NCBI GenBank assembly: GCA_029259455.1
Contig: JAPDIT010000040.1
Location: 1 to 40,059 of the forward strand
Direction of reading: 5' to 3'
From: Archaeoglobi archaeon
GTDB taxonomy: Archaea > Halobacteriota > Archaeoglobi > Archaeoglobales > Archaeoglobaceae
DNA: 40,059 bases
Below the pieces are notes generated by a model. It saw only the letters and a program-made list of their open reading frames with translations, searched no databases and was not told where the DNA came from. Position numbers and translations under genes: made by a program. Below are positions 1 to 9,061 of this stretch, in pieces (positions within the stretch are counted from its first letter, which is position 1; each line of letters starts with the position of its first letter).

Positions 1-577
1 AGAGAAAGAGGTGGATACGCTACGAAAGAAGGCATTCCATGAGTTTGTGGCATACAGACTGGTTTTTCTATAATGGAAAGTGGATGATGGCTTATTTAGA
101 TGATGCATCCCGTTTAATTGTTGGTTATGGAGTATTCGACAATGCAACAGCAGAAAATGCCATACGAGTTTTAAAAGAGGCTATAGACAATTATGGTAAG
201 CCAGAATCAATACTTACCGATAGAGGTACCCAGTTCTACGCATCTGCAGGAGAGAAGAAGGCAAAAGGCATCTCAGAGTTCGAGAAATTCCTTTTTGAGA
301 ATGGAATTAAGCACATTGTTGGTAGAGTAAACCATCCTCAGACAAACGGTAAGATTGAGAGGTTTTATGGAACGCTAGAAACTAAGATGAGGTACTTTGA
401 TACGATAGATGAGTTTGTTGAGTGGTATAATATAATCACAAAAGACCCCATATGAGTCTTAATTTGGATGAATTAGAGACTCCTTATCAGGCATTTTTGA
501 GAGAGCTCCCACCTGAGAGAGTTTTGGGTTACTGCTGGAGGTGGTTCGATGGCGGGAAATAATTTTAGGAAACTACA
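1..577 (+). mobile_element. IS481-family insertion sequence (ISA0963-like), 3' part with right end; transposase frameshifted
   Basis: Integrase-core DDE motifs WHTD / ILTDRG / GKIER in ORF 39..455. A 5-bp tandem duplication (TATAATATAA, ~426-435) breaks the expected WYNHKRPHMSL. Ends ...TTTAGGAAACTACA (TGT terminus on the minus strand), shared with the copy ending at 30454. Left part is outside the window. Confidence 0.85.
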
Positions 578-1455
578 AGTACCAGTTCGGAGGAAAAACC
601 TATTTTTCTGATTGGTTTGAACCTCATGAACTCAACAAATTCTTTCAGAGCTTTTTTGTCAACTCTCTCACTCAGAGGAGAGCTTTCCGGAATACTTTCT
701 CTGCCGAATGCCCACAGGAGGTCGTCGATGATATCTGCCTCAATCCCCGCCTTCTCTGATACGAGCATCAGAGACTTCTGCGTCTGCTCTCTGAGAAGAT
801 TCGTTTCTTCATCGCTAAGCATAACTCCAGCGTTTATTTTTTCCATGATCTTCTTATGTGGAATGAGTATCCCCGATGAAATCGCAAATCTAACAAGGAC
901 GCTGTCAACGGGAAACTTCAGCTTTCCTTCTACGAATCCTTGTCTTTTCAGTATTTTCAGGAGAAGAAGGCTTTTCTTCATTAGAGGATCCTCATATGCT
1001 TTGGAGATTTTTAACCTCCTGAGAATGTCCTCAACCAGAAAATCTGACCGCCTGAGTAGATTCATGAAGTCTCCATCGTAATATCGCAGCAGCTTTTCCG
1101 CACAGTCTTTGAGCAGAAAAGTCCTCTCATCCGGTTTTGCGACAGTTTTTCCCCTGAAGGTAAAAATCCTTCTTACAGATTCGACATCGATATTTACCAG
1201 ATTCTTTGCCGTGAAGAGCTCCCGCTCTTCCAATTGCTTTTTGCGTGCGAGGTAGAAAAGAAGGTCGGAGCCGTGATACTTGAAATCTACATTGAATCCG
1301 GTTTTGTGGTCGATTGCTACCATGAAGAACACGTAATTTGGGTAAATGAAGTCGTCAGGCTCAGGAAAAAGCTCAGGATTGTCGAAGGTTACTGGGGTGT
1401 AGTTTAACTTTTTCAAAATTTCCGCAAGCTTCCTTACTCTGCCCTCGTCAATCAC
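565..1455 (-). CDS. Queuosine-salvage (DUF2419/QNG1)-like / HhH-GPD glycosylase-superfamily protein
   Basis: Start moved to the GTG at 1455 (VIDEGRV...) because the longer ORF overlaps pelota and a TATA box sits ~25 nt upstream. Motifs DPLMKKSLL, FPVDSVLVR..SG, EETNLLR and IDDLLW resemble the K..Q / ADY / E.EIR / D..LW series of this family. The stop codon lies inside the IS end. Confidence 0.55.
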   Translation of the reverse strand: MIDEGRVRKLAEILKKLNYTPVTFDNPELFPEPDDFIYPNYVFFMVAIDHKTGFNVDFKYHGSDLLFYLARKKQLEERELFTAKNLVNIDVESVRRIFTFRGKTVAKPDERTFLLKDCAEKLLRYYDGDFMNLLRRSDFLVEDILRRLKISKAYEDPLMKKSLLLLKILKRQGFVEGKLKFPVDSVLVRFAISSGILIPHKKIMEKINAGVMLSDEETNLLREQTQKSLMLVSEKAGIEADIIDDLLWAFGRESIPESSPLSERVDKKALKEFVEFMRFKPIRKIGFSSELVLVVS

Positions 1456-1475
1456 AGAACAACAAACGCCAACAC

Positions 1476-1485
1476 TTTTATAAAA
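1476..1485. promoter_or_regulatory. Palindromic TATA box TTTTATAAAA shared by two divergent genes
   Basis: Perfect palindrome about 20 nt from both GTG 1455 (-) and GTG 1505 (+), the spacing expected for leaderless archaeal transcripts. Confidence 0.6.
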
Positions 1486-1504
1486 CTGTATTCCACGGGG
1501 TGGT

Positions 1505-2539
1505 GTGCAGATTGTTGAGGAGAACTTGAGAGGTAACGAGGGCGAAATTAAGCTAATACCTGAAACTCTGGATGACCTCTGGCATCTCCGCCTCATAATC
1601 GAAAAAGGTGATGTGGTCTTTGCCACAACGAAAAGGGCGAGCCAGAGCAGTGACAAGCTGAGAAGCGATAAGGAAATGGTGACGGTTAGGCTTGGAATCG
1701 AGGTTGAGAAGGTCGAGTTTCACAAGTTCGCCAATCGCCTCAGAATTTCGGGGAGAATTGTGGCTGGAATAGAGGAATCCGGATACCACACCTTGAACAT
1801 CACCACCAGAAAGGAGCTCAGTATAATCAAGAAGTGGAAGCCTGAGCAACTCGAAAGATTGAGAAGGGCTGTTGAGGACTCAAACCGGCCAGAAATTGTG
1901 ATGCTTACCATCGAAGAGGGTTATGCGGTTGCGGGAGTTTTGAGGCAGTGGGGAGTGGAGGAAATTTTCGAGGAGAGGATGGGCTACGGAAAGGGGATGG
2001 GGGGTAGCAGGAGAGAATTTTTTGGAGAGGTTGCATCCAAACTTGAGAACCTTGAATTTAAATACCTCATCGTTGCCGGCCCGGGATTTGCCAAGAACGA
2101 TTTTATTGAGTTTCTGAAGGAAAGGCATCCTGAGATGGCGAAAAACGCAGTTGTGGTGGACGTCTCCTCAGTTGGCTCTAGAGGTTTCATGGAAATTCTC
2201 AAAAGGAGGGTAGTTGACAGGATTGTGGGAGAGGTGAGGCTTGCAGAGGAGACGGAGTACATAGAGAGGTTGCTTGAGGGTATTGCCAAGGGAGAGAAGG
2301 TTGCTTATGGTTTGGATGAAGTTAAAGAAGTGCACAACTACAGGGCGATTGAAGTGTTGCTGATTGCAGATGAGTTCCTGATTGAGGAGAGGGAGAAGTG
2401 GGATGTTGACGGACTGCTGAGGGAGGTAGAGGAGTCGGGAGGGAAGGTTGTGATAATGAGCACCGAATTTGAACCGGGAAAGAGGTTGATGAGCCTCGGC
2501 GGAATAGCTGCCCTGTTGAGATTCAGCATAAAAGGTTAA
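1505..2539 (+). CDS. pelA: Pelota (aDom34) ribosome-rescue / mRNA surveillance protein
   Basis: PETLDDLWHL, GYHTL, AGPGF and LGGIAALLRF motifs; eRF1-like three-domain length (344 aa). Confidence 0.95.
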   Translation: MQIVEENLRGNEGEIKLIPETLDDLWHLRLIIEKGDVVFATTKRASQSSDKLRSDKEMVTVRLGIEVEKVEFHKFANRLRISGRIVAGIEESGYHTLNITTRKELSIIKKWKPEQLERLRRAVEDSNRPEIVMLTIEEGYAVAGVLRQWGVEEIFEERMGYGKGMGGSRREFFGEVASKLENLEFKYLIVAGPGFAKNDFIEFLKERHPEMAKNAVVVDVSSVGSRGFMEILKRRVVDRIVGEVRLAEETEYIERLLEGIAKGEKVAYGLDEVKEVHNYRAIEVLLIADEFLIEEREKWDVDGLLREVEESGGKVVIMSTEFEPGKRLMSLGGIAALLRFSIKG

Positions 2540-2569
2540 ATAAGGAGCTCTTGGAGAGATGAGATAAGT

Positions 2570-3880
2570 ATGCGAATCGTGATTGCTGGTGCGGGGGAGG
2601 TTGGGTATAATCTTGCAACGTCACTTGCCCCAAGTCACGATGTGATAGTCATAGAAAAGGATGTATCGAGATTTGAGAGAGTTTCCGAGCTTGATGTAGT
2701 TGCTGTCAGCGGTAATGCTGCAAATGTGAAAGTACTCAAGGATGCAGGCGTTGAGAAAGCTGACGTTTTTCTGGCGGTTACAGGTGATGACGAGGTAAAC
2801 CTCCTCTCAGGCCTTGCGGCCAAGAAGATTGGAGCAAAAAGTGTTATTGTGAGGGTTGAAAATCCAGAATACGTTGACAGACCAATAGTAAAGGATCACC
2901 CTCTTGGATATGACGTTCTGGTTTGTCCACAACTCTCTCTCGCCCAGGAAGCGGCGAGAATAATCGGGATTCCAGGGGCGATAGAAGTTGTGACCTTCAG
3001 TGGAGGAAGGGTTGAGATGATTGAGTTTCAGGTTATGGAAGGCTCGAAAGCAGACGGAAAGACTGTTGCAGAACTCAACCTTCCCCAAAATATTGTAATA
3101 GCCTCGATTTATCGAAACGGTCATATAGAAATTCCTCGTGGAGATACAGTTTTGAGGGCTGGAGATAGAGTTTCCATCGTCGGCAAAACTGAAGACATCG
3201 AGATGTTGAAGGGAGTCTTCGGCCCTCCTGTAACGAGAAGAGTAACGATTTTTGGTGCTGGCACAATTGGGAGCTATACGGCAAAGATACTTTCAAAGAG
3301 CATGATGAGTGTCAAGCTAATAGATTCAAGCCTGGATAGATGTGAAGCGCTCAGCAGCGTGCTTGATGGTGTGAGAATCGTTTGTGGTGATGCTACTGAC
3401 ATCGAGTTTCTCATTGACGAGGAGATAGGCAAGTCTGATGCTGTCCTTGCAGCAACAGAGAGTGATGAAAAGAACCTGCTGATATCTCTCCTATCGAAAA
3501 ATCTTGGGGCTAAAATAGCAATTGCAAAGGTTGAGAAAAGGGAATACGTGAAGCTTTTCGAAGCGGTGGGTGTGGATGTTGCGCTAAACCCCAGAAGTGT
3601 AACGTACAACGAAGTTTCAAAGCTGCTAAGAACGATGCGGATAGAAACTCTTGCGGAAATTGAAGGTACAGCGGTGGTGGAGGTGGTGGTTAGGAACATG
3701 AAGCTGGTCGGAAAAGCCCTGAAGAATTTGCCGCTACCAAAAGACACTATAGTAGGGGCAATTGTGAGAGGGGACGAATGTATAATTCCAAGAGGGGAAA
3801 CTAAAATAAAATACGGGGACAGAGTGCTGGTTTTCGCCAGTTGGGATGAGATAGAAAAGGTTGAGGAGATATTCAGATGA
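2570..3880 (+). CDS. trkA: Trk potassium uptake system NAD-binding subunit
   Basis: Two RCK-N/RCK-C repeats with GAGEVG and GAGTIG Rossmann motifs; overlaps trkH (ATGA). Confidence 0.93.
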   Translation: MRIVIAGAGEVGYNLATSLAPSHDVIVIEKDVSRFERVSELDVVAVSGNAANVKVLKDAGVEKADVFLAVTGDDEVNLLSGLAAKKIGAKSVIVRVENPEYVDRPIVKDHPLGYDVLVCPQLSLAQEAARIIGIPGAIEVVTFSGGRVEMIEFQVMEGSKADGKTVAELNLPQNIVIASIYRNGHIEIPRGDTVLRAGDRVSIVGKTEDIEMLKGVFGPPVTRRVTIFGAGTIGSYTAKILSKSMMSVKLIDSSLDRCEALSSVLDGVRIVCGDATDIEFLIDEEIGKSDAVLAATESDEKNLLISLLSKNLGAKIAIAKVEKREYVKLFEAVGVDVALNPRSVTYNEVSKLLRTMRIETLAEIEGTAVVEVVVRNMKLVGKALKNLPLPKDTIVGAIVRGDECIIPRGETKIKYGDRVLVFASWDEIEKVEEIFR

Positions 3881-5313
3881 ACCTCAGGCTTACTGTAAGC
3901 ATACTCGGGAAATTACTGATGCTGTTCTCATTCTCGTTCATTTTGCCGCTGATAGCTGCTTACATCTACGAAGACCCTTACTATCCATTTCTGGTTCCGG
4001 CAGTGCTCTCGTTTTTGTTTGGGGCAGTGTTAGGGTATGGAATCAAAACCGAGAGCGAACCGGAACCCTTAAGGCATAAGGAGAGCTTTGCGATAGTAGG
4101 ATTGATCTGGCTCCTCATGTCGATTTTTGGGTCAGTACCATACATTTTATTTGGAGTTAATGCTGTAGATGCATTTTTCGAGTCCATGTCTGGTTTCACA
4201 ACAACTGGCGCTTCAGTTCTGACTCCTGAAGAACTTCCAAAATCTCTGCTTTTGTGGAGGAGTCTAACGCAGTGGATAGGTGGAATGGGCATCATCGTCC
4301 TCTTTCTGGCCATCTTCCCAAATGTTGCAAAAAGAAGCGCGGTGCTGTTTCAGGCAGAGTATCCGGGAGTGAGCTTGTCGAAGATTAAGCCAAGGATAAG
4401 AGATACGGCTTTATCTCTTTACAAGGTTTACCTTCTCTTGACAGTTGCAGAGATCGCTCTTCTTTACGCGTTGGGTCTCTCTCTATTCGATGCTGTCAAC
4501 CACACTTTCACGACTCTCTCCACAGGCGGTTTCTCGACGCACTCAGAAAGCATAGCGTTCTTCAGCGATGTCAGGGTAGAGGGGGTTGTAGCCTTTTTTG
4601 CCTTTGTTGGTGGAACTAATTTTGCATTGATTTATTTTCTGCTCTCAGGAAAGCCTGTGATGTTTAGAAACGCTGAATTTAGGAGCTATGTCTGTTTTCT
4701 AGCGCTGGCATCGGTCTTAATTGCTGTCGTAAATCTTGAAAGATACGGCATTTTTGGCTCACTCAGATACTCAACATTCCAGGTTATTTCAATCATGACT
4801 ACCACGGGCTTTACCACTGCAGATTTTGACACATGGAGCGACTCCGCAAAACTGATTCTGCTAATTCTGATGTTTATTGGAGGGTCAAGCGGCTCCACTG
4901 GAGGAGGAATAAAGGTCATTAGAATTTACCTCCTCATAAAGTATGCGATCCACCAGATTTTGAGAGCTGCAGAGCCGAGAACTGTTAGGGCGGTAAAGTT
5001 TGAAGGGATGGCTATTAAAAAGGAAGTTCTCGATGACATTGCCGCATTCTTTGTACTTTACATTTTAATCTTTGCTGTCTCGTCAATTCTTGTTTCCCTT
5101 TCCGGTTATGACATAGTGACTTCTCTCTCCGCAACTGCAGCGACTCTTGGCAATGTTGGGCCGGGACTTGGCTTGGCTGGTGCTGTGGAGAATTATGCGT
5201 CTTTCTCTCAGCCGACTAAGATTCTTCTCTCTCTTAACATGTGGATAGGCAGACTGGAAATCTTCACCGTGATATCGTTGTTCATACCAGCCTTCTGGAG
5301 AGAGAGGTGGTAG
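3877..5313 (+). CDS. trkH: Trk potassium uptake membrane protein
   Basis: Four pore loops (SGFTTTG, TLSTGG, MTTTGF, LGNVGPG), GSTGGGIK and GRLE motifs; highly hydrophobic. Confidence 0.95.
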   Translation: MNLRLTVSILGKLLMLFSFSFILPLIAAYIYEDPYYPFLVPAVLSFLFGAVLGYGIKTESEPEPLRHKESFAIVGLIWLLMSIFGSVPYILFGVNAVDAFFESMSGFTTTGASVLTPEELPKSLLLWRSLTQWIGGMGIIVLFLAIFPNVAKRSAVLFQAEYPGVSLSKIKPRIRDTALSLYKVYLLLTVAEIALLYALGLSLFDAVNHTFTTLSTGGFSTHSESIAFFSDVRVEGVVAFFAFVGGTNFALIYFLLSGKPVMFRNAEFRSYVCFLALASVLIAVVNLERYGIFGSLRYSTFQVISIMTTTGFTTADFDTWSDSAKLILLILMFIGGSSGSTGGGIKVIRIYLLIKYAIHQILRAAEPRTVRAVKFEGMAIKKEVLDDIAAFFVLYILIFAVSSILVSLSGYDIVTSLSATAATLGNVGPGLGLAGAVENYASFSQPTKILLSLNMWIGRLEIFTVISLFIPAFWRERW

Positions 5314-5337
5314 AAATAAAGAGTGGAATTTTTAATT

Positions 5338-5363
5338 TTAGTATGTTATATTAGTATGTTATA
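5338..5363. repeat. Perfect 13-bp tandem repeat TTAGTATGTTATA x2
   Basis: 5338-5350 and 5351-5363 are identical; immediately upstream of the BRE/TATA of the acyl-CoA ligase gene. Confidence 0.9.
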
Positions 5364-5367
5364 GAAG

Positions 5368-5383
5368 GAAAAGTTTTTAAAAA
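5368..5383 (+). promoter_or_regulatory. BRE/TATA promoter of the acyl-CoA ligase gene (probably leaderless)
   Basis: GAAAAG-TTTTTAAAAA, with the TATA ~27 nt before ATG 5402. Confidence 0.6.
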
Positions 5384-5401
5384 TACTTATTAACTTCTAT
5401 C

Positions 5402-7135
5402 ATGAACGTACTCGGCGTAGAGGGAGAGAACATCAGAGAGGTGGATGTGACTAAAATAAACAGAGTGTGGACGAAATTTTACGATGAGGGTGTCAGAGAT
5501 CACATCGATTACCCGGTGATGCCGGCATATCGGATTTTGGATGATGCTGCAGCTTCCGACCCTGACAAAATCTGTTTTGAGTTTTTCGGAACAAAGTGGA
5601 CTTACAAGCAGCTGAAAGACGCTTCAGACAAGTTAGCAAGCTTTCTCTTCGACATGGGTGTAGAGAAAGGTGATAGAATCGTTGTTGCCTTGCCAAACCT
5701 TCCCCACTACGCAATTATCGCCCACGCCATATACAAAGTGGGAGGTATAGTGGTGCAGTGCAACCCGATTTACACTGAAAGAGAAATAAGATACATTGTA
5801 AACAACAGTGGAGCAACGAGGATGTTCGCGTTTGAGGGGATGTATCCGAGAATCAGACCACTGATTGAGGACGGCACACTCGAAATGGTTGTGATTTGCA
5901 GAATTGAAGATTTCTTGGGTTCTGTGGTGGGCGCTCTCTTCAAAGCCTTTCTGAAGAAGAAAGTGGTGGGCAAAGTTGATATTGACAAGAGAAAAGAGGT
6001 CTTCTTCTGGCAAGATGCTTTGAAGCGCGAGAGGACAGATAAAAGGGCAGAAATCAACCCGAGAGAGGATGTGGCAATGTTCCAGTACACTGGTGGCACA
6101 ACAGGCTTTCCAAAGGCTGTTATGCTCACACACTACAATTTGGTCGTTAATGCCTACCAAGTTGCCGAGTGGGATCCGAGAGCCACACCAAATGATGTGG
6201 GTGTGGGCTGTCTTCCAGTCTTCCACGTTTACGGAATGACTATGCTCAACTCTTCAGCAGTTCTGAGAATGAAGGTGATTCCGATTCCCGATCCAAGAGA
6301 TGTTGAAGCCATAATGAAGGCTGTTCACAAGTATAGAGCCACTACCTTTACTGGAGTTCCGACGATGTTCATAGGTATGCTGAACCATCCAAAACTTCAC
6401 AAGTACAATCTGAAAAGTCTCAGAGTTTGTGTCAGTGGTGCTGCTCCACTTCCGGTTGAGGTTAAAAGGAAATGGGAGGAGATCACGGGAGGTAAGCTTG
6501 TTGAAGGCTACGGCTTAAGTGAAGCCTCACCTGTAACACACTGCAACCCGCTCTATGGTTTGAACAAAGAAGGCAGCATAGGCGTACCATATCCAGATAC
6601 CTACGCAGTTGTGGTCGATGATGAAGGGAACATCCTTCCACCCAGAGAGATTGGAGAGCTCGCCATTTACGGCCCTCAGGTCATGAAGGGCTACTACAAG
6701 ATGGAAGAGGAAACGAAGAAGGTCTTGGTTAATGGCTGGCTTTTGACAGGAGACATGGCGAAGATGGATGAGGACGGCTACTTCTACATAGTTGACAGGA
6801 AGAAGGACATGATAATCGCTGGAGGTTACAACATCTATCCGAGAGAGGTTGAGGAGGTGCTGTACGAACATCCTGCTGTCGCTGAAGCTGCAGTAGTTGG
6901 CGTGCCCGATCCGTACAGAGGTGAGACTGTAAAGGCCTTCATAGTTCTAAAGCCAGAATACAAGGGGAAGGTTACGGAAAAGGATTTGGATAAGTTCTGC
7001 AGAGAGAGGCTTGCAGCGTATAAAGTGCCGAGACTCTACGAGTTCAGGGATGAACTGCCGAAATCCCTTGTTGGAAAGGTTCTCAGGAGAGTTCTGAGAG
7101 AAGAGGAATTGGAGAAATTAAAGAAAAAAAGTTAA
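5402..7135 (+). CDS. fadD: Long-chain fatty acid--CoA ligase
   Basis: AMP-binding motifs [28 protein letters not shown] and PKSLVGK. Confidence 0.9.
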   Translation: MNVLGVEGENIREVDVTKINRVWTKFYDEGVRDHIDYPVMPAYRILDDAAASDPDKICFEFFGTKWTYKQLKDASDKLASFLFDMGVEKGDRIVVALPNLPHYAIIAHAIYKVGGIVVQCNPIYTEREIRYIVNNSGATRMFAFEGMYPRIRPLIEDGTLEMVVICRIEDFLGSVVGALFKAFLKKKVVGKVDIDKRKEVFFWQDALKRERTDKRAEINPREDVAMFQYTGGTTGFPKAVMLTHYNLVVNAYQVAEWDPRATPNDVGVGCLPVFHVYGMTMLNSSAVLRMKVIPIPDPRDVEAIMKAVHKYRATTFTGVPTMFIGMLNHPKLHKYNLKSLRVCVSGAAPLPVEVKRKWEEITGGKLVEGYGLSEASPVTHCNPLYGLNKEGSIGVPYPDTYAVVVDDEGNILPPREIGELAIYGPQVMKGYYKMEEETKKVLVNGWLLTGDMAKMDEDGYFYIVDRKKDMIIAGGYNIYPREVEEVLYEHPAVAEAAVVGVPDPYRGETVKAFIVLKPEYKGKVTEKDLDKFCRERLAAYKVPRLYEFRDELPKSLVGKVLRRVLREEELEKLKKKS

Positions 7136-8145
7136 AGCTTCTCTTTTCTTAAATCTATTATTTGCTTTGTCTCAGGGCCGGTGGATATGAGCGTGACTGG
7201 AACCTTGACGTCCTCTTCAACCTGCTCTATGAACTTCTTTGCCTTTGGTGTAAGCTTTTCCCATTCAGTAACCCCGTAACACTCCTTGTCGAGCTTGTCC
7301 ACACCGGTCAGAGCAACCTGTGTTGCACCGTTAACCATTGCAGAATAACGGGCAAACTTTCCATCCCAGTAGCCTATCCTTCTCCTCCTCCCTGTGACCG
7401 TTCCGTACTCAACTATTCCGAGCTTCTCAGCTTCCTCCTGAGGCATCTCAGTCGGAAATGGCCCCGCTCCAACTCTGGTCGGGAAGCACTTGAACACAAC
7501 TATAACATCATCAACCCTCGTTGGTCCAACTCCCACGTCTGAGGCTATGGCTGAGGCGGTGGTATCTTTTGAGGTTACGTAGGGATATGTGCCATAGTAT
7601 AGGCTGAGCCCGAAACCCTGACTCCCCTCTATCAGAACGGGCTCACCATTGTCTATAGCCTGATTCACCTCAAGGGGGACATCTGCAAGAAAGTCCTTAA
7701 GCTCGGGTACATCTTTCGCCTGCTTTGCAACTCTGCTTACCCTATCAACGTTTGCCGGCCCACACCCAGTTCCAGTCGTGCCGATTTTCTTGCTCAGATG
7801 CTCGCTCCCTTTGTCTGCCTCTATGTGCTTCGGCTCGATGATTGCACACCTGTAGTCGACTCTCGCCCTGTCTGCCACCTTCAAAAGCTCGACCTCTTTC
7901 AGAAAGACCTCGGGATTGACAAGAACTCCTGCACCGATGAGGAGCTTCGCATCCTTGTAAACGAACCCAGACGGAATCATCCTCACTCCGAACTTCTGAC
8001 CGTCAATTTCCACTGTATGACCTGCGTTGGGTCCAACTCCACCTCTTGCAATTATAACGGGCTTGTCGCTGTATGCAACGTGAGCGACTATCTTTCCCTT
8101 TCCTTCATCTCCCCAGAATCCGCCAACAATTATAGTAGCACCCAT
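7132..8145 (-). CDS. purA: Adenylosuccinate synthetase (short archaeal form)
   Basis: [30 protein letters not shown] and TVTGRRRR motifs. Confidence 0.96.
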   Translation of the reverse strand: MGATIIVGGFWGDEGKGKIVAHVAYSDKPVIIARGGVGPNAGHTVEIDGQKFGVRMIPSGFVYKDAKLLIGAGVLVNPEVFLKEVELLKVADRARVDYRCAIIEPKHIEADKGSEHLSKKIGTTGTGCGPANVDRVSRVAKQAKDVPELKDFLADVPLEVNQAIDNGEPVLIEGSQGFGLSLYYGTYPYVTSKDTTASAIASDVGVGPTRVDDVIVVFKCFPTRVGAGPFPTEMPQEEAEKLGIVEYGTVTGRRRRIGYWDGKFARYSAMVNGATQVALTGVDKLDKECYGVTEWEKLTPKAKKFIEQVEEDVKVPVTLISTGPETKQIIDLRKEKL

Positions 8146-8243
8146 AACACTGACATTCCTTCACAGGTGTTTATTTGGTTTGCGATTTTTGGGGAAGGGC
8201 TTGGAGGCAAAATCTACAAAATCTAATATCAAGCGTTCAGAAA

Positions 8244-8325
8244 CGCCGGGGCTGGGATTTGAACCCAGGAGCCCTTACGGGCACCAGCTCTCAAGGCTGG
8301 CGCAGTACCTCTCTGCAACCCCGGC
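8244..8325 (-). tRNA. tRNA-Ser (anticodon UGA), intronless, CCA not encoded
   Basis: Minus strand GCCGGGG...CCCCGGC acceptor stem + G discriminator; anticodon arm CCAGC-CTTGAGA-GCTGG; long variable arm GCCC-GTAA-GGGC; T-loop TTCAAAT. Confidence 0.95.
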
Positions 8326-8368
8326 TTTTTATAAACTTCTCTTAACGTGTTTAAGAATCTTGTGATTG

Positions 8369-8405
8369 CGTAAAAGTGGACACGTCCACGTAAAAGTAAA
8401 AAAGA
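8369..8405 (-). terminator. Probable terminator of the ATP synthase operon
   Basis: On the minus strand after the atpD stop: T-tracts, then hairpin GTGGAC-GT-GTCCAC followed by TTTT. Confidence 0.45.
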
Positions 8406-8408
8406 GTT

Positions 8409-9038
8409 TTAACTCTTGCCCTTCTTCATTTTAAGCTTCTTCAACCTGATGATGTTCTCTCTGTCCATCTCTTCAAGCTTGAACGAGATGAACTTCGCCA
8501 GTTCTTCCATTGTTGGAATGACGCGGTATTCGAGAGCGTTAACTCTCCTTTTAGTTCTCTCTATCTCCTCAATTAGTCTCCTGAGCGTGGTCTCAATTTC
8601 TGCAACCTCTAGTACAGCATCAACGAGCTCCTCGTAGGCCTCAACAGCCTCATCAACTCTTGTGGATGTGCTCAGAATACCGTAACCTCTCTCAGTTGGC
8701 TTTTTCCTAACTGGTTCTCTCTTGATGACCGGAACGACTACGCCCATGATGTTCTTCCTCTTCATGCTGAACTCTGGAGGCATCTGGCGGCAAGATAGAG
8801 CAATTGACCTTACAGCCACAATCCCGTCAACGGCTATGGCCAGAGCAAGTTTGTTCTGGGCTTTTTCATACTTCTGCACCATCCCCCCTATGACTTCCTT
8901 TGCTTCTTCAAGAAGCTGCCTGAACTCCATGATGAGTCCGTCTCTCTTCATCTTCAGCAGTGCGTGACCGCGAGTTGCCATCTTTATTCTTCTTCTGAGT
9001 TTTATGAGTTCCATTCGTGTCGGTTGAACCTCTGCCAT
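8409..9038 (-). CDS. atpD: A/V-type ATP synthase subunit D
   Basis: PTRMEL, LLKMKRDGL and KRRVNALE motifs; ATG 9038 follows a GAGGTGA Shine-Dalgarno. Confidence 0.95.
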   Translation of the reverse strand: MAEVQPTRMELIKLRRRIKMATRGHALLKMKRDGLIMEFRQLLEEAKEVIGGMVQKYEKAQNKLALAIAVDGIVAVRSIALSCRQMPPEFSMKRKNIMGVVVPVIKREPVRKKPTERGYGILSTSTRVDEAVEAYEELVDAVLEVAEIETTLRRLIEEIERTKRRVNALEYRVIPTMEELAKFISFKLEEMDRENIIRLKKLKMKKGKS

Positions 9039-9061
9039 CCCTGTCACCTCTAAAAATGTTT

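Noticed and set aside
1456-1656. N-terminal extension of ORF 565..1656
   Set aside because: Overlaps pelota on the opposite strand and spans the shared TATA box; GTG 1455 is the more plausible start.
8244-8325. tRNA as selenocysteine tRNA or as an integration (att) site
   Set aside because: The anticodon is UGA (reads Ser UCA), not UCA, with a normal 7-bp acceptor stem; I saw no duplicated tRNA fragment or integrase in the window.
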